DNA of 64,000 bases from Pseudomonadales bacterium. Its GTDB lineage: Bacteria > Pseudomonadota > Gammaproteobacteria > Pseudomonadales > Pseudohongiellaceae. The DNA is taken from contig JALREE010000167.1 of NCBI GenBank assembly GCA_023256835.1, positions 1,915-65,914 on the forward strand, read 5' to 3'. This document shows positions 1-14,130 of this stretch, in pieces. Numbering within the stretch: position 1 is the stretch's first letter; every line of letters starts with the position of its first letter. A program made the translations under genes and the position numbers. The notes below the pieces were generated by a model that had not been told where the DNA came from, searched no databases, and saw nothing but the letters and a program-made list of their open reading frames with translations.

Positions 1-478
1 CATAAGTCAGTGTGCCTGAGCGGGACACAATGCCGACCTTGCCGGGCTTGTGAATGTTGCCGGGCATGATGCCAATCTTTGACTGACCGGGTGTGATGAC
101 GCCGGGACAGTTCGGTCCGATGAGACGCACACCCAACTCGTCACATTTCACCTTGACGTCAAGCATGTCTAACGTCGGGATTCCTTCAGTGATGCAGACG
201 ATCAACTTGATGCCCGCGAACGCCGCTTCAAGGATCGAGTCCTTGCAGAACGGCGCCGGAACATAGATCACGGATGCCTCGGCACCGGTGTCGCGAACTG
301 CGTCCTTCACCGTGTTGAACACGGGAAGTCCCAGATGGATCTGTCCGCCCTTGCCTGGGGTCACGCCACCCACCATGCGGGTGCCATACTGAATTGCCTG
401 CTCAGAGTGGAAAGTCCCCTGAGAGCCCGTGAAACCCTGACATATGACGCGGGTTTCCTTTGTCAACAAAATGCTCAC
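1..478 (-). CDS. sucD: succinyl-CoA ligase alpha subunit, 5' part only (gene runs off left edge)
   Basis: Not in ORF track (no stop in window). Minus-strand translation from GTG 476-478 gives [45 protein letters not shown]...[23 protein letters not shown], a canonical SucD N-terminus. GTGA start/stop overlap with sucC. Confidence 0.9.
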   Translation of the reverse strand, partial: MSILLTKETRVICQGFTGSQGTFHSEQAIQYGTRMVGGVTPGKGGQIHLGLPVFNTVKDAVRDTGAEASVIYVPAPFCKDSILEAAFAGIKLIVCITEGIPTLDMLDVKVKCDELGVRLIGPNCPGVITPGQSKIGIMPGNIHKPGKVGIVSRSGTLTY

Positions 479-1644
479 TTCACACCCCCTGCGGCGGCCA
501 CAACCTTTTCTGCAGCGTCGGTGAGACTGCTGGCAGCGATGATATTCAGTCCACTGTCACCAAGCACCTTGCGGCCCAGTTCAGCATTGTTTCCTTCCAG
601 ACGCACCACCACGGGGACGGTCACACCAACTTCAGCCACCGCACCAATGATGCCTTCTGCAATCATGTTGCAACGTACGATTCCGCCAAAGATGTTGATC
701 AAGACGGCTTTCACGTTTGTGTCCGACAAGATGATCTTGAAAGCTTCCGTCACGCGCTCCTTGGTAGCACCGCCGCCCACGTCGAGAAAGTTGGCTGGAC
801 GGCCACCATGCAACTGGACTATGTCCATGGTTCCCATGGCGAGACCGGCCCCGTTCACCATGCAGCCGATATTGCCATCGAGCGCCACGTAATTGAGCTC
901 CCACTTGGCGGCGCGGGCTTCGCGCTCATCGTCCTGACTCGGATCATGCATGGCGCGCAGCTTCGGCTGCCGGAACATCGCATTGCCATCGATGTTGATC
1001 TTGCCGTCAAGGCAATGCAGATTGCCCTCAGCGGTTATGACCAGCGGGTTGATTTCCAGCAAGGCCAAGTCGAGATCTGCAAAGAGCTTGGCGAGACCAA
1101 GGAAGAGTTGCGTGAATTGTTTGACTTGAACATCGTTGAGGCCAAGCTGGAATGCCAGCTCACGTGCCTGGAACGGTTGCGCTCCACAAAGCGGGTCTAT
1201 CACGGCGCGAAGTATCTTTTCCGGAGACTCCTCAGCGACTTTCTCGATCTCAACGCCACCTTCTGTTGACGCCATGAAAACGATACGACGGGAGGATCGA
1301 TCCACTACTGCGCCCAGATACAGCTCCTTGGCGATATCCGTACAGGTCTCCACAAGAATCTTGCTGACAGGTTGGCCGTTTGCATCAGTCTGGTAGGTCA
1401 CCAGGTTCTTGCCGAGCCATTTTTCGGCAAATGCCTTGATCTCTTCCTTGCTGGAGACGAGCTTGACTCCCCCTGCCTTGCCGCGACCGCCAGCATGTAC
1501 CTGCGCCTTCACGACCCATTTGCTTCCGCCCAGCTTGTCTGCGGCAGCTGCAGCGTCTTCAGCGTTGTCCACCGCAAAGCCCTTCGAGACCGGCAGCCCA
1601 TATTCAGCAAACAACTGTTTGGCCTGATATTCATGTAAATTCAT
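475..1644 (-). CDS. sucC: succinyl-CoA ligase beta subunit
   Basis: 389 aa starting [22 protein letters not shown]-grasp SucC signature. Sits between lpd and sucD. Confidence 0.97.
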   Translation of the reverse strand: MNLHEYQAKQLFAEYGLPVSKGFAVDNAEDAAAAADKLGGSKWVVKAQVHAGGRGKAGGVKLVSSKEEIKAFAEKWLGKNLVTYQTDANGQPVSKILVETCTDIAKELYLGAVVDRSSRRIVFMASTEGGVEIEKVAEESPEKILRAVIDPLCGAQPFQARELAFQLGLNDVQVKQFTQLFLGLAKLFADLDLALLEINPLVITAEGNLHCLDGKINIDGNAMFRQPKLRAMHDPSQDDEREARAAKWELNYVALDGNIGCMVNGAGLAMGTMDIVQLHGGRPANFLDVGGGATKERVTEAFKIILSDTNVKAVLINIFGGIVRCNMIAEGIIGAVAEVGVTVPVVVRLEGNNAELGRKVLGDSGLNIIAASSLTDAAEKVVAAAGGVK

Positions 1645-1692
1645 TCTGCATCCTCGTGCATCTTGCTTGTTTAATTAAATGCGAATCGCGCA

Positions 1693-3162
<1,470 letters not shown>

Positions 3163-3168
3163 TCAGTA

Positions 3169-4368
3169 TTAGATTTCCAGAAGGATGCGTGCCGGGTCTT
3201 CCAGCAAATCCTTGATGGTCACAAGGAATTGTACGGCTTCCTTGCCATCGATCATGCGGTGATCATAGGACAGCGCAAGATACATCATCGGTCGAATCTT
3301 CACTTCGCCATTGATTGCAACCGGGCGGTCCTGAATCTTGTGCATACCAAGAATCGCAGTTTGCGGAGGGTTGAGAATCGGGGTGGAAAGCAACGAGCCG
3401 AATACCCCGCCGTTGGAGATCGTGAAGGTGCCACCGCTCATCTCGTCAATGGAAAGCTTGCCGTCCTGCGCCTTGAGACCGAACTCGCGAATCTGTGCCT
3501 CGACCTGGGCCAGACTAAGGTGATCTGCATTGCGCAATACTGGCACCACAAGCCCGCGCGGCGAGGACACGGCCACTCCGATATCCTGGTAGCCGTGGTA
3601 CACGATGTCGTTGCCATCAATCGAGGCGTTTACGGCTGGAAAGCGCTTGAGCGCCTCAACGCTTGCCCTGACAAAGAACGACATGAATCCAAGACGGACG
3701 CCATCGTGGGATTTCTCGAACATGTCCTTGTACTTGTTGCGCAGAGCCATGACAGGCGCCATGTCAACTTCATTGAAGGTAGTCAGCATGGCAGTCGACT
3801 GGCTGGCCTGCAGCAGACGTTCTGCTACCTTGGCCCGCAGTCGACTCATCGGCACGCGCTCTTCTATGCGACCGCTTGACATATCGGGCTTGCGCGCAGG
3901 AGTCGGGCTGACCACTGCGGCTGCGGCTGGGGCGGTTGCCTTGCGGGCAACAGCTTCCAGGACATCCTCCTTGGTGACGCGGCCATTCTTGCCAGAGCCT
4001 TTTATGGACTCGATGGCAAGGCCGTTCTCTTCGGCGATCTTCTTGGCCGCGGGGCTCAACATTGGTTCATCTGCCGAAGCAGTTTCCGACTTGGGTTCCT
4101 GGGCGCGAGCGGCTGGTGCTGCAGCGACGGCGCCCGCCTCGACATAAGCAATCAGCTCGTTACTGACGATAGTGTCGCCAGTGTTCTTCAAAATCTGCTG
4201 CAGAACACCATCGGCTGGCGAGACAACTTCAATGACAACCTTGTCGGTTTCAATGTCCACGAGCAGTTCGTCACGTTTGACGGCCTCTCCTGCCTTCTTG
4301 TGCCAGGTGGCGATCGTTCCATCTGGTACCGATTCGGGGAGTGTTGGCGCCTTGATTTCAATTGTCAT
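3169..4368 (-). CDS. sucB: 2-oxoglutarate dehydrogenase E2, dihydrolipoyllysine succinyltransferase
   Basis: 399 aa with N-terminal lipoyl domain (IETDKVV), Ala/Pro linker and C-terminal catalytic DHRMIDG motif. Confidence 0.96.
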   Translation of the reverse strand: MTIEIKAPTLPESVPDGTIATWHKKAGEAVKRDELLVDIETDKVVIEVVSPADGVLQQILKNTGDTIVSNELIAYVEAGAVAAAPAARAQEPKSETASADEPMLSPAAKKIAEENGLAIESIKGSGKNGRVTKEDVLEAVARKATAPAAAAVVSPTPARKPDMSSGRIEERVPMSRLRAKVAERLLQASQSTAMLTTFNEVDMAPVMALRNKYKDMFEKSHDGVRLGFMSFFVRASVEALKRFPAVNASIDGNDIVYHGYQDIGVAVSSPRGLVVPVLRNADHLSLAQVEAQIREFGLKAQDGKLSIDEMSGGTFTISNGGVFGSLLSTPILNPPQTAILGMHKIQDRPVAINGEVKIRPMMYLALSYDHRMIDGKEAVQFLVTIKDLLEDPARILLEI

Positions 4369-4399
4369 TGTTCTTTCCTTTTCAACTAAATGGAATAAC

Positions 4400-7240
4400 T
4401 TACTTGTTAATCGTCATTGCCTGATCAAGATAGCGACGCATCTGTTCCGCATGAAGCGCTGGATAGCCGGCAGCAGGCGATGCCGAAGCGTCACGTCCAG
4501 CGTAAGTCAGCGGGACATCCGGCTTTATCTCCTGACTCACACGACGCATGTGATGCTGGCTCGAATACCATGCCCCTTGATTCATGGGTTCTTCCTGGCA
4601 CCACATCACTTCATTGAAGTTCGGGAACTTCTTCATCGCTTCGCGCAGATCGTCCGACGGGAAGGGGTAGAGTTGCTCCAGACGGATGATGGCAATGTTG
4701 TTGATATTCCTGTTGCGTCGCTCTTGGCGCAAGTCGTAGTAGACCTTGCCACTGCACAGAATGATGCGCTCGACCTTGTCTGCCGGCAGTTCGTCCGTTT
4801 CGCCTATCACCACCTGGAATGTGCCTTCTGCCAGCTCTTCCATTGTGGAAGTGGTTTCCTTGTGGCGCAGAAGACTTTTCGGAGACATGACCACAAGAGG
4901 CTTGCGCATCGGGCACAGTACCTGACGACGCAACATATGGAAGACTTGCGCCGAGGTGGTTGGCAGACAGACCTGGATATTGTGTTCCGCGCACAGTTGC
5001 AGGAAGCGTTCCAGACGTGCCGAGGAGTGCTCCGGCCCCTGCCCTTCATAACCGTGCGGCAACAGCATGGTCAGGCCGCAAAGTCGCTGCCATTTGTGTT
5101 CGCCACTGGTGATGAATTGATCGATCACAACCTGGGCTGAGTTCGCGAAATCACCAAACTGAGCTTCCCAGATAATCAACGCATTGGGGGTCGTTGTTGC
5201 GTAACCATATTCGAATGCGAGTACCGCTTCTTCCGAGAGCAGGGAGTCGTAAATCGCGAAGCTGCGCTGCTCGGAAGCAATGCTTTGCAGAGGAATGTAC
5301 TCGTCTCCAGTTTCCTGATCATGCAGAACTGCATGGCGATGTGAGAAGGTGCCTCGGCCCACGTCCTGACCTGTGATGCGGACCTTGTTACCGCTGGTCA
5401 GGATGCTGGCGTATGCCAGTGTCTCCGCGAATCCCCAATCCACAGGTTTTTCGCCAGCTGCCATTTGCACGCGATCATCAATGATCTTCTGAACCTGCTT
5501 GTGCAGCGTCAGACCTGCTGGCAGTTTCACCAGCTTGCGAGCCAGAGCCTGCAGGGTGTCCAGCTTGATCGTGGTGTTGTAGTGCGGCGTCCATTCATGG
5601 CCAAGGTAGGGGCTCCAGTCGACGAACATCTCGACGGAGGGCTCCTTGACTAACGACTTCACCACATGCTCGCCAGTGTCCAGCGCCTTGCGATACGACG
5701 TATTCAGGAATTCAGCCTCTTCCTCGGTAATGAGCGAGGCCGCAATCAACTTGTCGGCATACAAAGTGCGAGTTGTCTTTTGTTGACGAATCTGGCTGTA
5801 CATCAGCGGCTGGGTTGCCGAAGGTTCATCGGTTTCGTTGTGACCACGTCGGCGGTAGCAGATCAAGTCGATGACCACGTCCTTCTTGAACTCATACCGG
5901 AAATCAAGTGCCAGTTGAGTAACGAAAAGAACAGCCTCGGGATCATCTCCGTTCACATGGAAAATTGGCGCCTGCACCATTCGGGCAACGTCGGTACAGT
6001 ATTCGGTTGAGCGAGCGTCTTCCTGCTTGCTGGTCGTAAAGCCAACCTGGTTGTTCACGATGATGTGCACAGTGCCACCAGTCGAGTAGGCTCTGGTTTT
6101 TGACATCTGGAATGTTTCCATGACCACACCCTGGCCGGCGAACGCAGCATCCCCGTGGATTATGATCGGTACAACCTTGCTGCCAATTCTGTCGAGTCTG
6201 CGATCCTGGCGTGCTCGGACGGACCCTTCCACCACAGGAGACACAATCTCCAGATGTGAGGGGTTGAAAGCCATCGCGAGGTGCACTTCGCCCCCTGGAG
6301 TCATGATGTTGGACGAGAAGCCCTGGTGATACTTCACATCGCCCGAACTCTTGTAGGTGGCACGGCCTTCGAACTCACTGAACAGGTCGGCCGGATTCTT
6401 GCCGAGTGTGTTGACAAGCACGTTCAGGCGTCCGCGGTGAGCCATCCCGATCACGATTTCCTTGGCGCCATAGCTTCCCGAGCGCTGGATGAGTTCGTCC
6501 ACCAGCGGGATCAGGCTCTCGCCACCTTCAAGACCGAAGCGTTTGGTGCCCGGGTACTTGGAATCGAGGTGCTTTTCCAGGCCCTCCGCCGCTGTCAGGC
6601 GTTCCAGCAGATGCTTCTTGACCTCCACAGGAAAATCCGGGTGGCCAAGATGAACTTCGATACGCTTCTGAATCCACTGCTTCTCCGACAGATCGACGAT
6701 ATGCATGAATTCGTAGCCAATCGATCCACAGTAGATGCGCTCGAGGACTTCGACCAGTTCACGCAAGGTTGCCTTGTCCTTCTTGATGAAAAGGGATCCT
6801 GTCTGGAACACCGTCGAGTAGTCGACAGGCGAAAGGCCGTGGAAGTCCAGTTGCAGGTCAGGCACCTGCTCGCGCCGCATGAGATTGAGGGGGTCGAGTC
6901 GCGCCTTCTGGTGTCCACGAACGCGATAGGAACTGATCAAATGCAATACCTGGACCTGCTTGTTCTCGTGCTCGGAATTGACTACTGCGTCATCGCACAG
7001 CAGAGGTTTGAAGCGGCTTGTCTTGCCCAATTCCTTGAAATATTTCTGGATCTCCAAATGTGAAATATCCGATTCACGTGAATCGGATATTTGCGGGAGA
7101 CTTTCGAAGTAGTTGCGCCACTCTTGCGGCACTGAGCCTGGGTCTTGCAGGAATTGGTCATAGATCTGTTCAACATAGGACGCGTTGCCGCCGGACAAAT
7201 GTCCGGTCTTCCACATGTGTTCCATAATGCTTTCTTGCAT
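4400..7240 (-). CDS. sucA: 2-oxoglutarate dehydrogenase E1 component
   Basis: 946 aa. N-terminus [21 protein letters not shown] parallels E. coli SucA. Correct size and position. Confidence 0.96.
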   Translation of the reverse strand: MQESIMEHMWKTGHLSGGNASYVEQIYDQFLQDPGSVPQEWRNYFESLPQISDSRESDISHLEIQKYFKELGKTSRFKPLLCDDAVVNSEHENKQVQVLHLISSYRVRGHQKARLDPLNLMRREQVPDLQLDFHGLSPVDYSTVFQTGSLFIKKDKATLRELVEVLERIYCGSIGYEFMHIVDLSEKQWIQKRIEVHLGHPDFPVEVKKHLLERLTAAEGLEKHLDSKYPGTKRFGLEGGESLIPLVDELIQRSGSYGAKEIVIGMAHRGRLNVLVNTLGKNPADLFSEFEGRATYKSSGDVKYHQGFSSNIMTPGGEVHLAMAFNPSHLEIVSPVVEGSVRARQDRRLDRIGSKVVPIIIHGDAAFAGQGVVMETFQMSKTRAYSTGGTVHIIVNNQVGFTTSKQEDARSTEYCTDVARMVQAPIFHVNGDDPEAVLFVTQLALDFRYEFKKDVVIDLICYRRRGHNETDEPSATQPLMYSQIRQQKTTRTLYADKLIAASLITEEEAEFLNTSYRKALDTGEHVVKSLVKEPSVEMFVDWSPYLGHEWTPHYNTTIKLDTLQALARKLVKLPAGLTLHKQVQKIIDDRVQMAAGEKPVDWGFAETLAYASILTSGNKVRITGQDVGRGTFSHRHAVLHDQETGDEYIPLQSIASEQRSFAIYDSLLSEEAVLAFEYGYATTTPNALIIWEAQFGDFANSAQVVIDQFITSGEHKWQRLCGLTMLLPHGYEGQGPEHSSARLERFLQLCAEHNIQVCLPTTSAQVFHMLRRQVLCPMRKPLVVMSPKSLLRHKETTSTMEELAEGTFQVVIGETDELPADKVERIILCSGKVYYDLRQERRNRNINNIAIIRLEQLYPFPSDDLREAMKKFPNFNEVMWCQEEPMNQGAWYSSQHHMRRVSQEIKPDVPLTYAGRDASASPAAGYPALHAEQMRRYLDQAMTINK

Positions 7241-7322
7241 TTGTTGTTTTCCTGGTATCTGGAGCAGCTTTCGCTCTGCTTCGTTTAGTTCCTTGATCGT
7301 CCTCTGTCCAGCTGACGCGCCG

Positions 7323-8027
7323 TCATGTAGCGCGCTGCATGAGCATGGAGCGTATGTGACCGATCGCGCGCGTCGGATTCAAACCTTTCGGACAAACCGC
7401 GACACAATTCATGATGCCCCTGCAGCGGAACACGCTGAACGGATCTTCCAGATTGGCCAGTCGCGCATCGGTGGCGGTATCGCGACTGTCAGCGAGGAAG
7501 CGATAGGCCTGGAGCAGGCCTGCCGGTCCGATGAACTTTTCCGGGTTCCACCAGAAAGACGGGCAATTCGTGCTGCAGCAAGCGCACAGAATGCATTCAT
7601 ACAGTCCATCGAGCTTTTCGCGATCTTCTGGAGATTGCAGGCGCTCAATGGCAGGCGCCGGGGTGTTGTTGATGAGGAAAGGCTGAACTTTCTCGAACTG
7701 CTTGTAGAAAACAGTCATGTCAACTACCAGATCTCGAATGACCGGGAGGCCTGGAAGTGGTCGCAAGACAAGTTTGCCGCCACGCACTGCGGCCGACACG
7801 GGCGTGATGCACGCAAGTCCGTTGGTGCCACTGATGTTCATGCCATCAGAGCCACATACGCCTTCTCGACAGGAGCGGCGATAGGCAATGCTTGGGTCCT
7901 GACGCTTGAGCAGCTCGAGGACATCAAGGACCATGAGATCCTTGCCTGCGGGCAGTTCCACATCGTAGTCCTGCATGCGTGGCTTGGCATCCACTTCCGG
8001 GTTGTAGCGATACAGACTCACTAGCAC
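7323..8027 (-). CDS. sdhB: succinate dehydrogenase iron-sulfur subunit
   Basis: 234 aa with YRYNPEVDAKPRMQDY, CREGVCGSDGMNI and CILCACCSTNCPSFWWN Fe-S cysteine clusters. GTG start. Confidence 0.96.
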   Translation of the reverse strand: MLVSLYRYNPEVDAKPRMQDYDVELPAGKDLMVLDVLELLKRQDPSIAYRRSCREGVCGSDGMNISGTNGLACITPVSAAVRGGKLVLRPLPGLPVIRDLVVDMTVFYKQFEKVQPFLINNTPAPAIERLQSPEDREKLDGLYECILCACCSTNCPSFWWNPEKFIGPAGLLQAYRFLADSRDTATDARLANLEDPFSVFRCRGIMNCVAVCPKGLNPTRAIGHIRSMLMQRAT

Positions 8028-8081
8028 GATATTCTACCTTTCCTTGCGGTCGCTGATCGCGTGGATCATCCGACACAAAAA

Positions 8082-9854
8082 TTAATAAGTTCTGACCTTG
8101 GGCTCGAATTTCTCGACGGTCTTCGGCGAGAAATTGACTGCTCGTTTGGAAACAGACTTGCTGCCTGGCGTGTACAGTGAATGGCACAGCCAGTTCTCGT
8201 CATCGCGCTCCTGGAAATCATCACGAGCGTGTGCGCCGCGGCTCTCTGTGCGCGCTTCTGCAGCGATCGCAGTGGCTTCTGCAACTTCGAAAAGGTTTTC
8301 GAGTTCCAGCGCTTCGATACGTGCCGTGTTGAACGCATTGCTCTTGTCAGTCAGCGCGATATTGGCGATGCGCTCGCGCAGCTCAGCGAGCTTGCGAATT
8401 CCTTCACGCATGAAGTCACCACGGCGGAACACGCCAAAATGATTCTGCATGATGGTCTGCATGGTGGAACGAAGTTCGGCAACGCTTTCACCACTGGTCG
8501 TACTGTTGAGGCGGTTGAGTCTCCCCAGCGCCTGATCGATATCAGACTCGGAAGCGGAACGCTGTTCGATGCCCTGTCGCAACATGCTTTCGATGTGCTT
8601 GCCCGCCGCGCGGCCAAAAACGACCAGATCGAGCAGCGAATTGCCACCAAGACGATTTGCCCCATGCACTGAAACACAGGCCACCTCGCCCACCGCAAAC
8701 AGGCCTTCGATGATCTTGTCTTTACCGTTGGCATCCTGCATCAGTGCCTGACCATTGATGTTGGTGGGAATGCCACCCATCATGTAGTGGCAGGTCGGCA
8801 CGACGGGAATTGGTTCCTTGACAGGATCGACATGCGCGAAGGTGCGAGAGAGTTCGAGAATTCCGGGCAACTTTGCATTCAGCACTTTCTCGCCGAGGTG
8901 ATCCAGCTTGAGCATCACGTGGTCACCGTGTGGGCCACAGCCCCGCCCTTCGATGATTTCGAGAATCATTGAGCGCGCCACGACATCTCGACCGGCCAGA
9001 TCCTTCGCGTTAGGGGCGTAGCGCTCCATGAAACGCTCGCCATCCTTGTTGATGAGATAGCCACCTTCACCGCGACAACCCTCGGTCACGAGTGTGCCTG
9101 CGCCATAGATCCCTGTTGGGTGGAACTGCCACATCTCGATATCCTGCACCGGATAGCCTGCTCGCAGCGCCATGCCGACACCGTCGCCTGTGCATATCAT
9201 CGCATTGGTCGTGGAGGCGTAGATGCGACCTGCACCGCCCGTGGCGAAAACAGTGGCCTTGGATTTCACATAGACGACCTCACCTGTCTCGATACAAATT
9301 GCCGTTACACCAACGACCACTCCATCCTGGTTGCGTACGAGATCCGTCGCATACCATTCATTGAAGAACACCGTCTTGTTCTTGACGTTACCTTGGTACA
9401 GCGTGTGCAGGAGTGCGTGACCCGTGCGGTCTGCTGCTGCACAGGTTCGCGCAGCCTGACCGCCCTTGCCGAAGTCTTTGGATTGGCCGCCGAAGGGGCG
9501 TTGATAGATTCGTCCGTTTTCCGTGCGGGAAAACGGCAGACCCATGTGCTCGAGCTCAAAGACTGTCTGCGGGCCTTCACTGCACATGTATTCGATGGCG
9601 TCCTGGTCCCCGATGTAATCTGACCCCTTGACGGTGTCATACATATGCCAGCGCCAATCGTCGTTCGGATCAGCACTGGCGATCGCGCAGGTGATGCCTC
9701 CCTGCGCAGAGACTGTATGGGAACGCGTGGGGAATACCTTGCTGATCACAGCAGTCTTGTAGCCGGACTGCGAAAGCTGCAGCGCGGCACGCAGACCGGA
9801 CCCGCCACCACCCACAATCACCGCATCAAATGAAAGAGTTCTTACGCCTGACAT
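8082..9854 (-). CDS. sdhA: succinate dehydrogenase flavoprotein subunit
   Basis: 590 aa with [20 protein letters not shown] fold and SHTVSAQGG covalent-FAD His motif. Confidence 0.97.
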   Translation of the reverse strand: MSGVRTLSFDAVIVGGGGSGLRAALQLSQSGYKTAVISKVFPTRSHTVSAQGGITCAIASADPNDDWRWHMYDTVKGSDYIGDQDAIEYMCSEGPQTVFELEHMGLPFSRTENGRIYQRPFGGQSKDFGKGGQAARTCAAADRTGHALLHTLYQGNVKNKTVFFNEWYATDLVRNQDGVVVGVTAICIETGEVVYVKSKATVFATGGAGRIYASTTNAMICTGDGVGMALRAGYPVQDIEMWQFHPTGIYGAGTLVTEGCRGEGGYLINKDGERFMERYAPNAKDLAGRDVVARSMILEIIEGRGCGPHGDHVMLKLDHLGEKVLNAKLPGILELSRTFAHVDPVKEPIPVVPTCHYMMGGIPTNINGQALMQDANGKDKIIEGLFAVGEVACVSVHGANRLGGNSLLDLVVFGRAAGKHIESMLRQGIEQRSASESDIDQALGRLNRLNSTTSGESVAELRSTMQTIMQNHFGVFRRGDFMREGIRKLAELRERIANIALTDKSNAFNTARIEALELENLFEVAEATAIAAEARTESRGAHARDDFQERDDENWLCHSLYTPGSKSVSKRAVNFSPKTVEKFEPKVRTY

Positions 9855-10229
9855 TTACACTCCCCAGAGAATCTGAATACCCCAGACGAGGTATATGAAC
9901 ATGACAATGACGCAAGTTGCTTGGAATGCCAGCCTTATGACTGTCGCTTTGCTTCCAAGCAGGTCAGTGGTCAGATAGTCAGTTGTCACCGTCCACAGAC
10001 CAACCCAGGCATGGGCGCAGATGGCAACGAGAGCTGCCAGGCTCGCGACGCGCATCCATGTCGCGCTGAAGAGTGCGTGCCAGGTGTCAAAGGTGACTTC
10101 CGGCGTGGTGACGAGATATCCGAGCAGACCCACGAAGTAGATCCCGAGATATACGGCTGTAAGTCTCTGGACCACCCAATCGTAGAGGCCGCTACGGCCA
10201 AAACTTGTGACGTTTGTTACCACAGCCAT
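9855..10229 (-). CDS. sdhD: succinate dehydrogenase membrane anchor subunit
   Basis: 124 aa hydrophobic protein directly between sdhC and sdhA. Abuts the sdhA start. Confidence 0.85.
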   Translation of the reverse strand: MAVVTNVTSFGRSGLYDWVVQRLTAVYLGIYFVGLLGYLVTTPEVTFDTWHALFSATWMRVASLAALVAICAHAWVGLWTVTTDYLTTDLLGSKATVIRLAFQATCVIVMFIYLVWGIQILWGV

Positions 10230-10591
10230 ACTCCTGCTAGCACAATTGCAATGATGGATACGATGAGCACCAGACGTGCCCCGCTCTGCGCTCCGGTAAG
10301 GGTCTCACCTATTCCAAGGTCCATGACGAGGTGCTTGACGCCGGCAATAAGGTGGTAGATCAATCCAGCCACAATCGCCCATACCACCAACTTGACCAGA
10401 GGCATGTCGAGCCACTGCAAGGTTCGAGAGAAGCCATCTGCAGAGCTGAGTGACTCACTGAACAGCCATAGCAGCACACCTACTCCTGCGAAAATGAATA
10501 CACCGGAAATTCGATGCAGAATCGAGGTGATGGCTGGCAGGGGAAATCGGATTGTCGAAAGTTCGAGGTTCTTGGGTCGCTTGTCGTTCAC
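10217..10591 (-). CDS. sdhC: succinate dehydrogenase cytochrome b556 subunit
   Basis: 124 aa with RPKNLEL...ITSILHRISGV motif typical of SdhC. GTG start. First gene of sdhCDAB. Confidence 0.88.
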   Translation of the reverse strand: MNDKRPKNLELSTIRFPLPAITSILHRISGVFIFAGVGVLLWLFSESLSSADGFSRTLQWLDMPLVKLVVWAIVAGLIYHLIAGVKHLVMDLGIGETLTGAQSGARLVLIVSIIAIVLAGVWLW

Positions 10592-10958
10592 AGAATCTAC
10601 ACTTCCATGAGGCGCATGAAGGCGCGTTTTTGGGAGGATGGTCGGTACTGAAGCTACCGATCTGTTTGATTACACTTGCAATTCCTGCCCGCGTAATTTG
10701 GTCCGGAAGTATAGTCTTCTGATCCATGGAATACAATAAAACCTCCCTTATTTCGCTGTATCATGACAATAAATTGTCACCATCGTCAGGGTGGGCAATT
10801 GTCTTGACTCTCAAGCTCTTACCATTGCTACAATGCTGCGCGACTCAATTTCCGCAGCACCATGACTGCGTGCGGCAAGCAGCGCAGACGACTCCGCGGG
10901 AATCTCATTGGCGTCACATGACGCACTCTCCACGACTCAGTATTGCCAGGAGCTATAG

Positions 10959-12239
10959 ATGAACAAAAAAACAGCCAGTCTGTCATTGGAAGGCGTCAAG
11001 GACAGCATTGACCTGCCCATCCTGGGGGGCAGTATCGGCCCTGACGTGATTGATGTTGGCGGACTGACAGCGAAGGGTTACTTCACTTTTGACCCTGGCT
11101 TCATGTCGACTGCCTCCTGTGAATCCCGAATCACCTATATCGATGGGGACAAAGGGGTGCTCTTGCATAGAGGCTATCCGATCGAACAGCTCGCCGAAAA
11201 ATCTGATTATCTCGAGACTTGCTACCTGCTGCTCAATGGCGAGCTGCCCGATCCCGCGCAAAAAGCGGAGTTCGAGAACGATATCCGCTACCACACCATG
11301 GTGCACGAGAAGCTTTGCGAGTTCTTCAAGGGCTTCCCTATCAATGCCCACCCCATGGCCATTATGGTGGGTGTGGTTGGGGCTTTGTCGGCGTTCTACC
11401 ACGACTCCCTCGACATCATGAAGGAAGAGGATCGGCGCATATCTGCCCACAGACTGATTGCGAAAATGCCGACCATCGCTGCCATGTGCTACAAACACGC
11501 GATTGGCCAGCCTTTCATGTACCCTCGCAATGACTTCGGGTATGCAGAGAATTTCTTGCACATGATGTTCAGCACTCCCTGCGAGGCGCCAAAGGTCAGC
11601 CCTATTCTCGCAAAAGCGATGGACACCATCTTTCTGCTCCACGCCGATCACGAGCAGAATGCTTCGACATCTACTGTCAGGCTGGCGGGATCGACAGGTG
11701 CCAATCCGTTCGCCTGCGTTTCCGCAGGCATTGCCGCACTCTGGGGGCCCGCGCATGGCGGAGCCAACGAAGCTGTTCTGAACATGCTCGACGAGATCGG
11801 CGATGAATCTCGCATCGAGGAGTTCATCAAGCGCGCGAAAGACAAGAATGACCCCTTCCGCCTGATGGGCTTCGGTCACAGGGTCTACAAGAATTTCGAC
11901 CCGCGAGCCAAGGTGATGCGTAAGATTTGTGATGAGGTGCTGACCGAACTTGGCGTCGAAAACGATCCGCTGTTCCGCATTGCCCGTCGACTTGAAAAGA
12001 TCGCTCTGGAAGACGAATACTTCATTGAGCGCAAACTGTATCCCAATGTCGATTTTTACTCGGGGATCATTCTGAAAGCTATCGGCATTCCTGCATCCAT
12101 GTTCACCGTGATATTTGCTGTCGGAAGAACGCCGGGCTGGATATCACACTGGAACGAGATGATCAGCAATCCCTACAAGATTGGACGTCCGCGTCAGCTT
12201 TACACGGGCCATGCGCGCCGTGACTATCCTGGAACATGA
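10959..12239 (+). CDS. gltA: citrate synthase (type II)
   Basis: 426 aa with [20 protein letters not shown] and [14 protein letters not shown] catalytic motifs. Divergent from sdhC as in E. coli and Pseudomonas. Confidence 0.97.
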   Translation: MNKKTASLSLEGVKDSIDLPILGGSIGPDVIDVGGLTAKGYFTFDPGFMSTASCESRITYIDGDKGVLLHRGYPIEQLAEKSDYLETCYLLLNGELPDPAQKAEFENDIRYHTMVHEKLCEFFKGFPINAHPMAIMVGVVGALSAFYHDSLDIMKEEDRRISAHRLIAKMPTIAAMCYKHAIGQPFMYPRNDFGYAENFLHMMFSTPCEAPKVSPILAKAMDTIFLLHADHEQNASTSTVRLAGSTGANPFACVSAGIAALWGPAHGGANEAVLNMLDEIGDESRIEEFIKRAKDKNDPFRLMGFGHRVYKNFDPRAKVMRKICDEVLTELGVENDPLFRIARRLEKIALEDEYFIERKLYPNVDFYSGIILKAIGIPASMFTVIFAVGRTPGWISHWNEMISNPYKIGRPRQLYTGHARRDYPGT

Positions 12240-12247
12240 TATGACAG

Positions 12248-12283
12248 GTCACAGTGTTGCACGCTTTCGTGCAGCACTGTGAC
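12248..12283. terminator. 15-bp-stem hairpin between convergent gltA and tRNA-Ala
   Basis: GTCACAGTGTTGCAC-gctttc-GTGCAGCACTGTGAC (one mismatch), 9 nt after the gltA stop. No clear U-tract on either strand. Confidence 0.5.
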
Positions 12284-12336
12284 GCTTAAAGTGATACCAC
12301 TCGGGTTTCAACAACAAGAGGACTTTCAAAGGAATT

Positions 12337-12412
12337 TGGTGGAGCCTATCGGGATCGAACCGATGACCTCAACGCTGCCAGCGTTGCGCTCTCCCAGCTG
12401 AGCTAAGACCCC
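12337..12412 (-). tRNA. tRNA-Ala (anticodon GGC)
   Basis: 76-nt minus-strand cloverleaf GGGGTCTTAGCTCAGCTGGGAGAGC...CTGGCAG...GGTTCGATCC...CTCCACCA. G3:U70 Ala identity pair, encoded CCA. Confidence 0.93.
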
Positions 12413-12497
12413 AAATCTGCGGGATTTTTACGAACAGCAATTGAGCCGTCGTTCAAAGTCCGCGCATTCTAAGCACCGATCCGGGGCCTGTCAACGA

Positions 12498-13994
12498 TTA
12501 GTCACCAATCCCGCCGAACTGCTGAAAATCCTTCTCCAGTACCTTGGCTTCCTTGTTGGAAATGCCTCCGAGTACCGTGATGGCGTGCCGCAATCTTGCG
12601 CGTGTGATGTCGAGCCCCAGAATGCTGATGGAATCCACGACCGACGTCGAGACAGCCTTGCCGGACATGGCCACAAACAGGGGAAACAGAAAATCCCGAA
12701 TCTTGAGATCCATTCTCGCAGCGAGTGACATGCAGGTATGCTCGATACCGTCACGCGAGAACCCGGGCAAGTTCTCGAAGCTCCACAGCGTGAACTGCAG
12801 AATGCGCTTGATAACCTCAGCATCCAGCGACTTGTGAGCGAATGAATCTGCATCGATCGCAGGCAGACCTGCCAGAAAGAATCCCGCCAAAGGAGCCACG
12901 TCCGTAAACCTGTCAACACGATCCTTGAGCAAGGGAACAATCCGCGCCACTTTGTGGGCTGCAAAGGCCCAGTCGCGGTAAAGCCTGATGAACTCCTCGT
13001 CGCTGACTTGCTCACGTAGATACTTGCCGTTAAGCCATGTCAGCTTGTCGACATCGAACACCGGGCCGCCCAGCGAGACTCGAGAGAGATCGAAGGCCGC
13101 CGTCATTTCTGCCACCGAGAAGACCTCGCGTCCGTCTGGCATCGTCCATCCCATCTGACCCAGATAATTGACGACCGCCTGCGGTAGGTAGCCCATGTCT
13201 CTGTAATAGTTGATGCTGGTCGGATTCTTGCGCTTGCTGAGCTTGCTCTTGTCTGGATTTCGCAACAAGGGCATGTGGCAGTAAGTAGGAGGAGTCCATC
13301 CGAAGTATTGATACAGGAGCAGATGCTTTGGAGTGGAATTGATCCATTCCTCTCCTCGAATCACATGGCTGATCTGCATGTGATGATCATCCACGACATT
13401 GGCAAAGTGGTAGGTAGGCAAGCCATCTGACTTGATGAGGACCTGCATGTCGATTTGTTGCCAGGCAATTCTTATTTCGCCCCGCAGCATGTCATGAAAC
13501 ACACAGTCGCCCTCTTTCGGGACACGCATGCGAATGACATGCTCGATGCCTTGCTCGAGCATGGCGGTGACCTCCTCCTGGGAGAGCTTCAGGCAGTGGC
13601 CGTCATACCCGAGGGCCGCTTTTTCCTGCATCTGCCGTGCACGCAATTCATTGAGTCGATCGGCAGTGCAGAAGCAGCGGAATGCGTGCCCTCTGTCCAG
13701 CAATGTCTTGATTTCTTCGCTGTACAGGGCGCTTCGTTCACTTTGTCTGTACGGACCACAGGGGCCTCCGATATCCGGACCTTCACACCAACTCAGCCCC
13801 AGCCAGCGCAGTGCCGCGAGAATATCTGACTCAGACTTGGACGTACTGCGTACCTGATCCGTGTCTTCGATACGAAGAATGAACTCGCCACCCTGCTGAT
13901 GTGCAAAACAACGGTTGAAAAGTGCGATATAGGCTGTTCCGACGTGGGGATCGCCAGTGGGCGAAGGAGCAATGCGCGTTCTAACCTTGAGCAT
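12498..13994 (-). CDS. gltX: glutamate--tRNA ligase
   Basis: Track ORF extends to 14084, but the conserved N-terminus MLKVRTRIAPSPTGDPHVGTAYIALFN (HIGH-type motif) starts at ATG 13992-13994. KLSKRK (KMSKS-type) is present. Confidence 0.93.
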   Translation of the reverse strand: MLKVRTRIAPSPTGDPHVGTAYIALFNRCFAHQQGGEFILRIEDTDQVRSTSKSESDILAALRWLGLSWCEGPDIGGPCGPYRQSERSALYSEEIKTLLDRGHAFRCFCTADRLNELRARQMQEKAALGYDGHCLKLSQEEVTAMLEQGIEHVIRMRVPKEGDCVFHDMLRGEIRIAWQQIDMQVLIKSDGLPTYHFANVVDDHHMQISHVIRGEEWINSTPKHLLLYQYFGWTPPTYCHMPLLRNPDKSKLSKRKNPTSINYYRDMGYLPQAVVNYLGQMGWTMPDGREVFSVAEMTAAFDLSRVSLGGPVFDVDKLTWLNGKYLREQVSDEEFIRLYRDWAFAAHKVARIVPLLKDRVDRFTDVAPLAGFFLAGLPAIDADSFAHKSLDAEVIKRILQFTLWSFENLPGFSRDGIEHTCMSLAARMDLKIRDFLFPLFVAMSGKAVSTSVVDSISILGLDITRARLRHAITVLGGISNKEAKVLEKDFQQFGGIGD

Positions 13995-14130
13995 GAATGA
14001 TCCGTAGCAAGAGTGAGTGACTATGGAATGCGCGCCGCAGCGCACCCGACGCGCAGGATTATACGCTATCGCTGATGGGCGCAAACCATTAAGATCACGT
14101 GCTCGTCACCGCTGCTTGAACAACCTCAAG

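Noticed and set aside
13995-14130. Long N-terminal extensions of gltX (to 14084) and dusA (from 14017) in the ORF track, which would overlap divergently
   Set aside because: Both conserved N-termini begin at internal ATGs (13994 and 14131). The extensions are Arg-rich and non-conserved in appearance. The region is better read as a divergent promoter.
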